In this document: piece by piece, positions 9,625-18,588 of the stretch
How the letters are laid out: each line of letters begins with the position of its first letter
Numbering within the stretch: position 1 is the first letter of the stretch
Assembly: GCA_034188985.1 (NCBI GenBank)
Contig: JAXHVT010000033.1
Location: 43,190 to 107,189, forward strand
Origin: Actinomycetota bacterium
GTDB lineage: Bacteria > Actinomycetota > Geothermincolia > Geothermincolales > RBG-13-55-18
Direction of reading: 5' to 3'
Length of the DNA: 64,000 bases
Notes under the pieces: model-generated
Seen by the model: only the letters and a program-made list of their open reading frames with translations
What the model was told of the DNA's origin: nothing
Databases searched by the model: none
Program-made: the position numbers and the translations under genes

Positions 9625-9858
9625 ATGGAGGAGAAGATCATCTTACTGGTGGAGGACAACCGTGACGGCGTGGATCTGACCCATCGGGTCTTCAATAGGA
9701 ACGACAATCGAGATACGGCTGCCGGGACCGTCAAGCCCGGAGACCGCGTATCGCGTATCACTCGAAAGAGATGTTCTCCTTCAGGAAATCGACCTCCTCC
9801 TGGTTATCCTGCGAGCCCATCGTGCTTACCAGTGCGAAGAAGCTCGTGTCGTCCTTGA
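9625..9858 (+). pseudogene. Remnant of a response-regulator gene (receiver N-terminus only)
   Basis: GGAGG at 9613-9617 and ATG at 9625. The first ~25 codons (MEEKIILLVEDNRDGVDLTHRVF) match the beta1-alpha1 part of a REC domain. After that, similarity is lost in all three frames, and the ORF runs antisense into the 3' end of the gene at 9758-10630. Confidence 0.4.
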
Positions 9859-10630
9859 AGAAGAAAAGGAAGTCCTGCACCATTTGCGCACCCGCGCCCC
9901 GTATGGATACGCTCATGTGGAGGGCCGCCAATCCGCAGGCTATCTCCTCGATGGTGTAGGTGGTCATCTCCACGGAGCCCCCTATCTCCTCGTAGGTCGC
10001 TACGAATATGTCCTCGAGCTCCTGTTCGTGCCGCATGAAGAAGTCCTCCACTTCCTCGGACTCCTCACTTTCCGGCTTATCCAGGATGTAGGCCGTGCCG
10101 TGAGCCACGGCGATTACGTTGGTGAGGCTGCCGTCGGTGAACAGGTAATCGATGGCGACGTCCTCATCGCCCATTTCGGAGGCCTTCTCGAAGTCACTTC
10201 GTGTCTCTTCGTCGGCCTCCTCCCATCCGGGCGGTATATCGACCTTGATGATCGGGGTTTTCTTCGATCCGAAGAACAGGAACATGGTGATGACGGCCAG
10301 GATACCCACTCCGGCCAGGATGCCTATTATGATCTTGAGATTCCTCGATCCCCCGCCCGGGGGAGCCGCCTGGAAACCCGGTGGATAGGACATAGGCCTC
10401 CCTTGCGGGCTTGGTTGTAGGGCCCCGGTGGGGTAGGTTGGGGGGGGTGTTCCGCTGGCGGGAACCCCAGGTTCTCCAGCGGATCCGGTGAAAATCCCCG
10501 GGGTCTCCGTCTCTACGCCGGACTCCTCTGGAGCGCCGATGGGCGCCGCCCCGTCTCGTAGCGGTAGTTCGCAAAGATAACACCTTTCCGCCTGCGGAGA
10601 GTTCTCGGCCCCGCACCTCGGACACTTCAT
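9758..10630 (-). CDS. Zinc-ribbon / proline-rich / single-TM protein
   Basis: 290 aa. N-terminal CxxC...CxxC (MKCPRCGAENSPQAERCYLCE), a Pro-rich linker, a TM helix (IIIGILAGVGILAVITMFLFF) and a C-terminal domain of about 165 aa. Confidence 0.6.
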   Translation of the reverse strand: MKCPRCGAENSPQAERCYLCELPLRDGAAPIGAPEESGVETETPGIFTGSAGEPGVPASGTPPPTYPTGALQPSPQGRPMSYPPGFQAAPPGGGSRNLKIIIGILAGVGILAVITMFLFFGSKKTPIIKVDIPPGWEEADEETRSDFEKASEMGDEDVAIDYLFTDGSLTNVIAVAHGTAYILDKPESEESEEVEDFFMRHEQELEDIFVATYEEIGGSVEMTTYTIEEIACGLAALHMSVSIRGAGAQMVQDFLFFFKDDTSFFALVSTMGSQDNQEEVDFLKENISFE

Positions 10631-10879
10631 TTTCCTACCCCCGATCTTACAGCAACGATGGTTATCCTATTATTCGTCCTCGATAGGGAGCACCTTTATA
10701 CGCCCGGGGTAACCCATCCGGTTTACCGGATGTACCCTCGCCCCGAGGCTTGTCCGCGGACATGCGCTGAATCCCGGTAGCTCCCGTAGGCGAATCCGGC
10801 CGGTATGCGTGAACCTGCCCGGTTATCATCTGGATAATACCTCGTCCGTCACGGTTTCACCCGGTCGATCACCCAAGTC

Positions 10880-11929
10880 CTAATACCGGGTAACGTGGTT
10901 TTCGCACACCCCGAAGAGGTCCTTAACCACTAAGTTGCCGTCACCTTTCCCCAGCCGTCCGCTGAAGAGGCCGAACGGCTGATGGAAGTCGGACATAATG
11001 GGTCCGACACAGATGCGCTCCGCCCTTTCTCCCTGGGGGTGAAACTCCAACTCCACCTCCCCGTCCGTGGTGTTGATAAACCAGGGTCCCAGTATATCGG
11101 CCTCGCTGAAGCCGAATCGCGCGGCGCCGGTGAGATGTATCCTGCCCCCTATCCAGTAGCAGTTCTCGTTGTAATCCTCGTCCTTCTCTATGAGGTTATG
11201 ACAGAGGTTGGCGGCGATCAGGGATCCAGGGGATGAATACCCAGCGAAGGTCATCCACCTCCAGAAGCTACGATAGGGATAGAAGGCCTTCTGCTCGTCC
11301 AGCAGGCATACATCACGGTCGGGTTGGAGTTCGATCGTCTCTCCCCCTATGCTGATCCTTCCCTCCACCGGGCAGGCGTTCTTGTGGGTGTAAAGGGGAC
11401 GGTTGGGGGCGAAGGGGCTGACTATGACCAGGGGCTGGTATATGGAGACATCCTCGAGCATGCTCACCTCACCCCTGATGGCCGGCAGACCGCGCCTCTC
11501 GGCTATGTCGATATGTATATCGTGGCGACCCCGGTCGAGGTTGTTATCGATGCGCAGGGAATAACCCCGCTTCTCGAAGGAGCATTCACCCCGCCAGGTG
11601 GTCTCGGTCAGCCTGGCCGTGCCGGGGGGAGCCTGGTGATTGTGCTCCCTCATGGTCAGCCGCTCCCGGTCGAAGTGGTACACGAAGGATATGCTCATGA
11701 GCTTGGCGTCGAAGATCACCAGGCCTATGTAATGTCGGGGGTGAACTATGCCGAAATGCTGCCATTCCTTGAGCCGGAAGTGGTTAATTGCCCGTGCGTA
11801 TTTCCCCTTGATACGGAAGATATCGGCCTCGTCCAGGTTCAGCTCCCGGAAGGGCTGTTCGAAGACGCCGAAACCCACTACTTCCCCGCCCTCCACCAGG
11901 CGCGCGGGGGTTTTCTTTATGATTCTCAA
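10880..11929 (-). CDS. DUF2804-like protein
   Basis: The track ORF runs to 12106. A GGAGGAAAGGAGGAG Shine-Dalgarno followed by TTG at 11929 gives a 349-aa product starting (M)RIIKKTPARLVE. The RLKEWQHFGIV segment is typical of DUF2804 as I recall it. Confidence 0.55.
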   Translation of the reverse strand: MRIIKKTPARLVEGGEVVGFGVFEQPFRELNLDEADIFRIKGKYARAINHFRLKEWQHFGIVHPRHYIGLVIFDAKLMSISFVYHFDRERLTMREHNHQAPPGTARLTETTWRGECSFEKRGYSLRIDNNLDRGRHDIHIDIAERRGLPAIRGEVSMLEDVSIYQPLVIVSPFAPNRPLYTHKNACPVEGRISIGGETIELQPDRDVCLLDEQKAFYPYRSFWRWMTFAGYSSPGSLIAANLCHNLIEKDEDYNENCYWIGGRIHLTGAARFGFSEADILGPWFINTTDGEVELEFHPQGERAERICVGPIMSDFHQPFGLFSGRLGKGDGNLVVKDLFGVCENHVTRY

Positions 11930-12123
11930 GGCTCCTCCTTTCCTCCGCGGCTGCCCCGGATTATCATTAATAATATGCTTTTTTTGCCGGTTGGTGTAAT
12001 GGCGGCAAGAATTTATGATATCCCGGCCTCCGATGTTGGACCGGGGACGGAGACCAGCCCTGTCTCGGGGTTTCCAACTGTCGGGATAATCCATGGCGCT
12101 ATCCATCGCTTGGAAAGGGGAGG

Positions 12124-13137
12124 ATGATGATAACCGCGTTTCAACATGTGGGGATGGGGGTGCATGACGCCGGTCGTACCTTCGATTTCTACCGCGACCT
12201 GCTCGGATTCCGCATCAAGCTTAGTGACCAGACCAGCTACCTGGAGGAGATGAAGCCCATCGTGGGTGCCCTGGTGGAGATGCGGGTCATCATGGCCATG
12301 AACGTTTTAGGAGGAGGGGCCATCGAATTGGTGGAACACACCTCCACCCGGCCCGTGAAGCCACCCGAGCCGGTGCAATGGGGCGATCTGGGATATCTCG
12401 AGCTGGGCCTCAAGGCATACCATCTGGAGCAGCTTTATCTCGACCTCAAAAGCAAGGGGGTGGAGTTCCTGACCCCGGTAAGGAGCTTCGAGCTCAGCTC
12501 CGGAGGCGTGGAGCGCTACGCCTATCTCCGTGACCCCGACGGACTGCTTCTCCAGTTGGTGGAGGTCCCAGGTGGAAAACGACCCGCCGTGGGAGGGGTA
12601 AGACACGTGGCCATCGGCGTCTCCGATTTGGATAAGGCTAGAGATTTCTACGGCCCCGTCCTGGGTTTTACCCGGCTCATACACCAGTTCAAGGGCCGCA
12701 TGCTCGAGCTGGACGCGGTAACGGGCGGTAAAGAAATGGAGGTCGTCGTTCTCGAACATCAGGGAGAGGGCGAGAGCGCCCTTCCCCTTCTCGAGAGGGC
12801 TATCGTCAAGTTGATCCACACCCCGGGCTACAAAGGGAAGCCTATCTTCAAGGGCAGGAGGTGGGGAGACATAGGCTTGATGGAGATGGCCTTCGATATC
12901 AGCGACCTGGGAGATACGTTGAACGGGCTCATCTCCGCGGGAGCGGAGCTGTTTCACCCACCCACTCGGGTGGATATGGGCTCGGGCACTATCGGCTCTT
13001 TCTCCTATATCAAGAACCCCGACGGCGGCATCGTGGAACTGGTGGAGGTGGAGAAGGTGATGCATGCCTCCCCAAAGGTTATGAAATACGCCTTGGTATG
13101 GTTGCTCAAGGCCGCCGCCAGGTTGAGGCTGGTATGA
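12124..13137 (+). CDS. Two-domain VOC (glyoxalase/bleomycin-resistance/dioxygenase) family protein
   Basis: 337 aa with two VOC modules: FQHVGMGVHDAGRTFDFYRDLLGF ... YLRDPDGLLLQLVE, and VRHVAIGVSDLDKARDFYGPVLGF ... IKNPDGGIVELVE. Confidence 0.75.
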   Translation: MMITAFQHVGMGVHDAGRTFDFYRDLLGFRIKLSDQTSYLEEMKPIVGALVEMRVIMAMNVLGGGAIELVEHTSTRPVKPPEPVQWGDLGYLELGLKAYHLEQLYLDLKSKGVEFLTPVRSFELSSGGVERYAYLRDPDGLLLQLVEVPGGKRPAVGGVRHVAIGVSDLDKARDFYGPVLGFTRLIHQFKGRMLELDAVTGGKEMEVVVLEHQGEGESALPLLERAIVKLIHTPGYKGKPIFKGRRWGDIGLMEMAFDISDLGDTLNGLISAGAELFHPPTRVDMGSGTIGSFSYIKNPDGGIVELVEVEKVMHASPKVMKYALVWLLKAAARLRLV

Positions 13138-13256
13138 GGAGCGCAAGCGGGTAAAATGGCCGTAAGGGATACTCGCCGAGGCATATATCGGCGTTGTAAC
13201 GCGCGGCCTTGCGGACAGGGCCGCCGGCCGGAAATGAGATATATCGGAGGTAGAGG

Positions 13257-13814
13257 ATGGAGCTTCCTGCGGATTTCAGGCGTGCGGCGGATTTCCACGG
13301 CCATGTCTGCCCCGGCCTAGCCATCGGTTACCGCGCTTCCGTGGCGGCCATGGAGAGAATGGGTTTGAACAGGGCTTACGACGAGGAACTGGTGTGCGTG
13401 GTGGAGAACGATTCCTGCAGCGTGGACGCGGTGCAGTTTCTCACCGGGTGTACTTTGGGCAAGGGTAATCTCATCTTAAGGGATTACGGCAAGCAGGTCT
13501 TTACATTCGCCTCCCGCAGCAGGCCCGGCAGGGCCTTGAGGATAAGTCTCAGGTCGGATGCCATTTCGTCTCCCGGGGTGGAGGAGAATCCCGCCGGGAG
13601 AAGGGAGGAGGCCTTGAGACGGCTCCTGTCGGCTCCCATGGAGGAGCTGTACCACGTAGATGAGATAGAGTTCGATCCGCCGGGAATGGCCGAGATCCGC
13701 CAGTCCGTTCCCTGTGAGAGCTGCGGCGAGCCCACCATGCGGACCAGGCTGGTGGAAAGAGACGGACGCTTGCTGTGTATTCCTTGTTCGGAGGGTTGGA
13801 AGCCCCCGCGCTAG
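13257..13814 (+). CDS. FmdE-family protein with C-terminal zinc ribbon
   Basis: 185 aa. FHGHVCPGLAIGYRA motif, and a C-terminal CESCGEP...LCIPC. Confidence 0.75.
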   Translation: MELPADFRRAADFHGHVCPGLAIGYRASVAAMERMGLNRAYDEELVCVVENDSCSVDAVQFLTGCTLGKGNLILRDYGKQVFTFASRSRPGRALRISLRSDAISSPGVEENPAGRREEALRRLLSAPMEELYHVDEIEFDPPGMAEIRQSVPCESCGEPTMRTRLVERDGRLLCIPCSEGWKPPR

Positions 13815-14674
13815 GCCAGAACGATACGGCTGCGTTCACGCCAGTCCTCGTCCAACTCGCCCTTGAACACCCGGCGCGCGGGACCCCGTGTAAGGATCTC
13901 CCCCCCGGTGGTGACCTCGACCTCCATCAACCCCCCAGGCAGCCGCACATGCATCTTTCTCTTGCACCGGCCGGTGCGCAGGGCTGCGGCCACCGCGGCG
14001 CTTGCGCCGGTGGCGCTGGACATGGTTTCTCCGGCTCCCCGTTCCCAGGAACGCAGGCTTATCTCGGAAACGCTCAATACTTCCGAGAACTCCACGTTGA
14101 CATGCAGCGGGAAAAGGGGGTGGTTCTCTATACGGGGCCCCAGTTCCCTGACCATCTCGTCCCTTATGCGGTCCATGAACAGAACGCAATGAGGATTGCC
14201 CACGGAAAGGCAGGTGGCCTTCAGTGCCCTCCCCTCCACTTCCAGGGTGATGTCCACCGCTTCCTCCCCCTCTCCTTTCATGGGGATGGCGGAGCGCCGG
14301 AAATCGGGCTCACCCACGTTTACCTCCACCGCGGAAACCTTTCCCATGGCGGTGTGGATAGCGAGCCTCTTTATACCGGAAGGGGTATCCACCTCCATCT
14401 CCGTTTCGGTAATGAGGCCCGTCTCGTAGAGGTGTTTGGCCAGGCACCGCAGTCCGTTGCCGCTGACATCGGCCTCGCTGCCGTCGGGATTGTAATTGAT
14501 CATCCCGCATACGGCTCTTCGCGAGGGTTCGACGATGATAATGCCGTCGGCGCCTATGCCGAGGTGGCGGTGGCACAGCATGCGTATGTCCTCGGGCGAC
14601 AGCTGCAACGCCTTTCTCATGGCATCCAGAAGCACGTAATCGTTGCCCAGGCTGTGATATTTATAGAACTCCAT
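13811..14674 (-). CDS. dapF: Diaminopimelate-epimerase (DapF) family protein with Ser at both catalytic Cys positions
   Basis: 287 aa and collinear with E. coli DapF as I recall it: MEFYKYHSLGNDY, NPDGSEADVSGNGLRC, VGNPHCVLF, ERGAGETMSSATGASAA. See finding. Confidence 0.8.
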   Translation of the reverse strand: MEFYKYHSLGNDYVLLDAMRKALQLSPEDIRMLCHRHLGIGADGIIIVEPSRRAVCGMINYNPDGSEADVSGNGLRCLAKHLYETGLITETEMEVDTPSGIKRLAIHTAMGKVSAVEVNVGEPDFRRSAIPMKGEGEEAVDITLEVEGRALKATCLSVGNPHCVLFMDRIRDEMVRELGPRIENHPLFPLHVNVEFSEVLSVSEISLRSWERGAGETMSSATGASAAVAAALRTGRCKRKMHVRLPGGLMEVEVTTGGEILTRGPARRVFKGELDEDWRERSRIVLA

Positions 14675-14815
14675 CGATTCCGATTCTCCCCTTATCGTTT
14701 ACAAAGGCGCATTGACGTATCCATTCCACAACATTATAAGGTAGGAAAGGCTGGCTTTCAGGCCTCGGGCCCGAGCCGATGCAACGAACCCCGGGTTCTA
14801 AAGGAGCAACGCGAT

Positions 14816-15220
14816 TTGCGGGATATGGATGACTGGGCGGAGGACTGGATGGATCAGGCCCGTCTCACCTTGGCGTCCGCCGAGGAGATGCTGGCAGGCG
14901 GCCTGCCCACCAAGGCGATATCCAACGCTTTTCTATCCATGGTCTATGCCGCCAGGGCGGCGCTTGGCGGTGTGGAACGCGATATCTCCGATTTGGAAGA
15001 TGTCGTCCAGCTGTTCTTGACCGAGGCCCTTCCCGCCCTGGGTCTGAGCAAAGGCAACCAACGTGCTCTCACCATCGTGGGTGAGCTGTACAGGCACGTG
15101 GAGATCGTCCGCGATATGGAGGCCGATCCGCTGACGGCGGCGGCTTGCTTGAGCGATGCCAGGGGATTTGTAACGGAACTGGAGTCTAAGATCGGGCCTT
15201 CCGATTCGGGCCTCGAGTAA
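14816..15220 (+). CDS. Small all-helical protein, HEPN-like
   Basis: This is the 3' part of the chimeric 13775-15220 track ORF. AAGGAG at 14801-14806 is followed by an in-frame TTG at 14816 and ATG at 14825. The sequence ...AISNAFLSMVYAARAAL... resembles HEPN helices, but no clear Rx4-6H motif is present. Confidence 0.4.
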   Translation: MRDMDDWAEDWMDQARLTLASAEEMLAGGLPTKAISNAFLSMVYAARAALGGVERDISDLEDVVQLFLTEALPALGLSKGNQRALTIVGELYRHVEIVRDMEADPLTAAACLSDARGFVTELESKIGPSDSGLE

Positions 15221-15229
15221 GCGGGATCC

Positions 15230-15976
15230 TCAATGTCTTTTCTCCCATATCTCCATAAGGCGCTGGGAATCCTCCCACATATAGATGTTGTTGAAAAGGA
15301 CATAGGCCTTTTTCTTCTTGCTCTTGCGCAGTATGGTGACCAGCTTATTGAGTTCCTGGTTGGAATACCTGTGATGGAAACTGCCTATACCGCGCAAGCG
15401 CCAGTAGATGGTGGAACCCGCCTTCTCTCTGCCCATGAAGGGGTCCACGACATGGAGCAGGTTCAGATCCCGGCAGAGCCTGCCCGCCTCCTCGGCTTCC
15501 CAATGGCCCCGAGGCTCCCAGGCCAGCTGCAGGCCGTCCCTCTCGATCGTATCGAAGAACTGGCACATGTTGGCGGTGTTCTTGGGCCCAGGGTTGAAGG
15601 AAGACGGTGTCTGGAAAACCACTATCTCCGCCTCCAGCGCGCGGGCCACTTCCAGGGTTTCGGACCACGCCTTGAGAATCTCCGGTGTGGGCCTGAAGGA
15701 GCCGTAAGCGTCCTTTTTCGCCTCCGGTATCGGTCGGGTGAGACGTTTGTAGGTTGAACTGGAAGGCCTATGGGTTATAAGCTGCCAGGCCTTGAGGGTG
15801 AATTCAAAGTAAGGCGGGGCATCGTGCCGCCATTTCGCGGAGGTCTTAACACGCGGTAGCTGGTAGAAGGACTTCTGTACTTCCACTAAGGGCAAGGTAC
15901 TGTAATACCTCCGACGCGCCTGGGGGAAGCCGCAGCAGCCTATCTTGAGCTCCAAATCCGCACCTCGAGATGGCAA
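15230..15976 (-). CDS. DUF72-family protein
   Basis: 248 aa. KIGCCGFP, FEFTLKAWQLITH, VVFQTPSSF, AWEPRGHW and HVVDPF are typical DUF72 blocks. Confidence 0.75.
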   Translation of the reverse strand: MPSRGADLELKIGCCGFPQARRRYYSTLPLVEVQKSFYQLPRVKTSAKWRHDAPPYFEFTLKAWQLITHRPSSSTYKRLTRPIPEAKKDAYGSFRPTPEILKAWSETLEVARALEAEIVVFQTPSSFNPGPKNTANMCQFFDTIERDGLQLAWEPRGHWEAEEAGRLCRDLNLLHVVDPFMGREKAGSTIYWRLRGIGSFHHRYSNQELNKLVTILRKSKKKKAYVLFNNIYMWEDSQRLMEIWEKRH

Positions 15977-16205
15977 TCCTTCTTATTGTGGGTAATATCG
16001 TCTTTTTCGCCTCAATATATAATTTTATCTATTTTATTCCAAACCAACAAACAGACCTCCTCTTTATTCGACCGTGTAAAGGTTTTAGAGGTTTTGTCCG
16101 GAAAAGCTGCATCGCCCTTTTCGCATAGGAAAGCCCCTGGTAAACGAAGGTATTATGGGATTATAAAAGGCCAAACCTGGGTCGGAACCTTATGGCCTGT
16201 CGACA

Positions 16206-17669
16206 TCACGGGCTCTGTGTAAAAGTACCCCCGGTTCCGAAGTCCAGTTCGTCGGTGGATTCGGCCGAGCCGCCGCCGATTATACGGATGCTCTTCCGTT
16301 TGAGGTCTTTCATAAAGTCGCGGTTCCTGGAGCGGAACTTGCTTATGGCATGATGGGCGTAGGCGTAAATAACCAGGTCCCACCAGCGGAAACGCAGACC
16401 CAGCTTCCAGCATTGCCACAGGGAATAGAAGCGGCGCATCGATTTTATTGAACCCTCTTTCTGGAGCTGGTAGGGGGTCATTCTAAGCGGGTTGAAAACC
16501 ACATGGTGCCCGCTGTACTTGGACCAGTCCTCGATCAGGATGCGCCCTTCGCTGCACAGCTCATTATAGGTCTCCGTCCCCGGCAGGGGAGTCAGTATAA
16601 GGAACTGCACCGTGTCTATCTTCATGCTCCGCGCATAGCGAACCGTCTCGCGGATGGTCTTGATATCGTCCTCGTCGGAGCCCAGGACGAACATGCCGTG
16701 GACCTTTATGCCGCAATCGTGCAGCGACATCACAGCCTCGGAGATATCCTGCACTGTCTGTTCCTTGCGATAACTCTCCAGGGTTCGCGGATTGATGGAC
16801 TCCAGGCCCAGGTAGAGGAACATGCAGCCGCTTTCCTTCATCAGGTCCAGGATCTCCGGATCTTTAACCACGTCGACCCGGGCCTGCGCCGTCCATTTCG
16901 CCTTGATACCCCGGTCGATCATCCCTTGCATCAATTCCTTGCTGCGCCTGGGGTGGGCAGTGAAGTTATCGTCATAGAAAAACAAGCTGGCCTTGGGGCT
17001 GCGTTCGTGAAGAATCTCCAGCTCGTCCAGCACGTCATCGGTGTCGCGGAAGCGGTATCTCCTGCCGAACATCTTGGTCACCGAGCAGAACTTGCAGTTA
17101 TAGGGACAGCCCCGGCTGGTCATTACGGGTATGATGCGAATCTTATGGAAGTTTTCGATCATGGTCAGGTCGGGCCAGGGCAATTCACACAACTTATCCA
17201 CCTGCTGCGCCGGGGGATTATGAAAGAACTCCTTGCCCCTCTTGTACGAGAGCCCCGGTATGGATTGAAAGTCCTCGCGCCCGTCCTTGAGGTTCCTCAC
17301 CAGCTCCAGGAAAGCGTATTCGCCCTCTCCCCGGACCACGAAATCGGCGCCTTTGCCCAATGCCTCCTCGGATAGAAAGGTGACGTGAGGCCCGCCCATT
17401 ACCACGGGGATATCCCAGCGCTGCTTGACCTTGTCCATAATCGCGTAGGCTTCGGGTGCGGTGGTGGTTATGGTGGAGATTCCCACCAGGTCGGATTGGC
17501 CTATCGCGTTCCAGTCGAGGTTGCCGATCTCCTGAAAGTATATGATGGGTCTGATCCCCAGCTCGCGTTCCAGAAGGGCGCCCAACAGGGGCAGCCCCAG
17601 GCGGGGCAACTTGAACTTGGAGTACACGTGTATGCCCGGAGCCTTGGGTTCGATAAGCGTTACCTTCAT
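16206..17669 (-). CDS. B12-binding-domain radical SAM enzyme (class B type)
   Basis: 487 aa. The N-terminal Rossmann-like cobalamin-binding region is DLVGISTITTTAPEAYAI...IPVVMGGPHVT. The CxxxCxxC cluster motif is TSRGCPYNCKFCSV. Confidence 0.85.
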   Translation of the reverse strand: MKVTLIEPKAPGIHVYSKFKLPRLGLPLLGALLERELGIRPIIYFQEIGNLDWNAIGQSDLVGISTITTTAPEAYAIMDKVKQRWDIPVVMGGPHVTFLSEEALGKGADFVVRGEGEYAFLELVRNLKDGREDFQSIPGLSYKRGKEFFHNPPAQQVDKLCELPWPDLTMIENFHKIRIIPVMTSRGCPYNCKFCSVTKMFGRRYRFRDTDDVLDELEILHERSPKASLFFYDDNFTAHPRRSKELMQGMIDRGIKAKWTAQARVDVVKDPEILDLMKESGCMFLYLGLESINPRTLESYRKEQTVQDISEAVMSLHDCGIKVHGMFVLGSDEDDIKTIRETVRYARSMKIDTVQFLILTPLPGTETYNELCSEGRILIEDWSKYSGHHVVFNPLRMTPYQLQKEGSIKSMRRFYSLWQCWKLGLRFRWWDLVIYAYAHHAISKFRSRNRDFMKDLKRKSIRIIGGGSAESTDELDFGTGGTFTQSP

Positions 17670-18042
17670 AACAAACCTTTCTCATCTTCTCCGCCTTGTA
17701 ACATATGAAGTGACTATTTATTTATACCCGCTCGGAGTATATATATATACTCGAAGCCCTGGTTTCTAAAAGCAACATCTTCTTAACAGCCCTCCCGGGA
17801 TATCGATTATACTTTTTGAGACGTGATGTATTATGTATAACCACTTCGCTCTCTTTTTACAACGGGTAAGTTACCGTAAGGTTACCCCGAAAGGAAGTCG
17901 TAATTCGGGCGGAAACGTGAAAGTATCGCCGGGATATTCCGATAATAAACCTGAAGGACCACTGTCGGGCCCGATCCACGATCGGCTCCGGCTGAGGTTT
18001 CGGGAAATATATTGGATGGCCTATGAAGAGAGATTGGTGGGC

Positions 18043-18417
18043 ATGATGCAGAGCAGGATTCTGATCATCGACGACAATCCGGTTATCGTAGAGTTGTTGG
18101 AGAGGAAGTTCGCCAAGGAAGGATACGAGGTTTCGGGCTGCGTTGAGAGCCAGCAAGCCGTGGATGTGTGCCAGCAATACAAGCCCGATCTTATCATCCT
18201 GGACATCCTTATGCCGGGCAAGAGCGGTTGGGAGATCATGGGGGAATTGAAGGCTGAAACCTCCACCGTGGATATCCCGATCATCATCTCCACGGTTAAG
18301 AACCGACCCGAGGATCTCGAGAGAAGTACGGAGATGAAAGCCGATGACCACATCGCCAAGCCCTATGTCTTCAGCGACCTCATGGAAAAGGTGGAGAGGA
18401 TACTGGGCTCGGATTAG
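18043..18417 (+). CDS. Single-domain response regulator (CheY-like receiver)
   Basis: REC motifs RILIIDDNP, DLIILDILMPG, IIISTV, KPY. The start is placed at the ATG at 18043. The track ORF start at 17833 would add 70 non-homologous residues. Confidence 0.8.
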   Translation: MMQSRILIIDDNPVIVELLERKFAKEGYEVSGCVESQQAVDVCQQYKPDLIILDILMPGKSGWEIMGELKAETSTVDIPIIISTVKNRPEDLERSTEMKADDHIAKPYVFSDLMEKVERILGSD

Positions 18418-18588
18418 CCTTCGTATCCGGCGTACGGATAAAGCCTCGTCACGCCGCCGCGGCGATCGACCGCCGGCGTGACCGCCGGCCTGCCTCGAGG
18501 ATACGACCCGTTACCCGGCGGGTGGTCCGGTGTTGGACTCCCTTGATGAGCGTGCGGTAGCGGGGTGATCGCGAAATGCCCCGTCCCG

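Noticed and set aside
13775-14815. The 5' two-thirds of the 481-aa plus-strand track ORF 13775-15220.
   Set aside because: It runs antisense through the DapF-family gene and has a low-complexity translation. Only the 3' part (14816-15220), which has its own SD and start, looks like a real gene.
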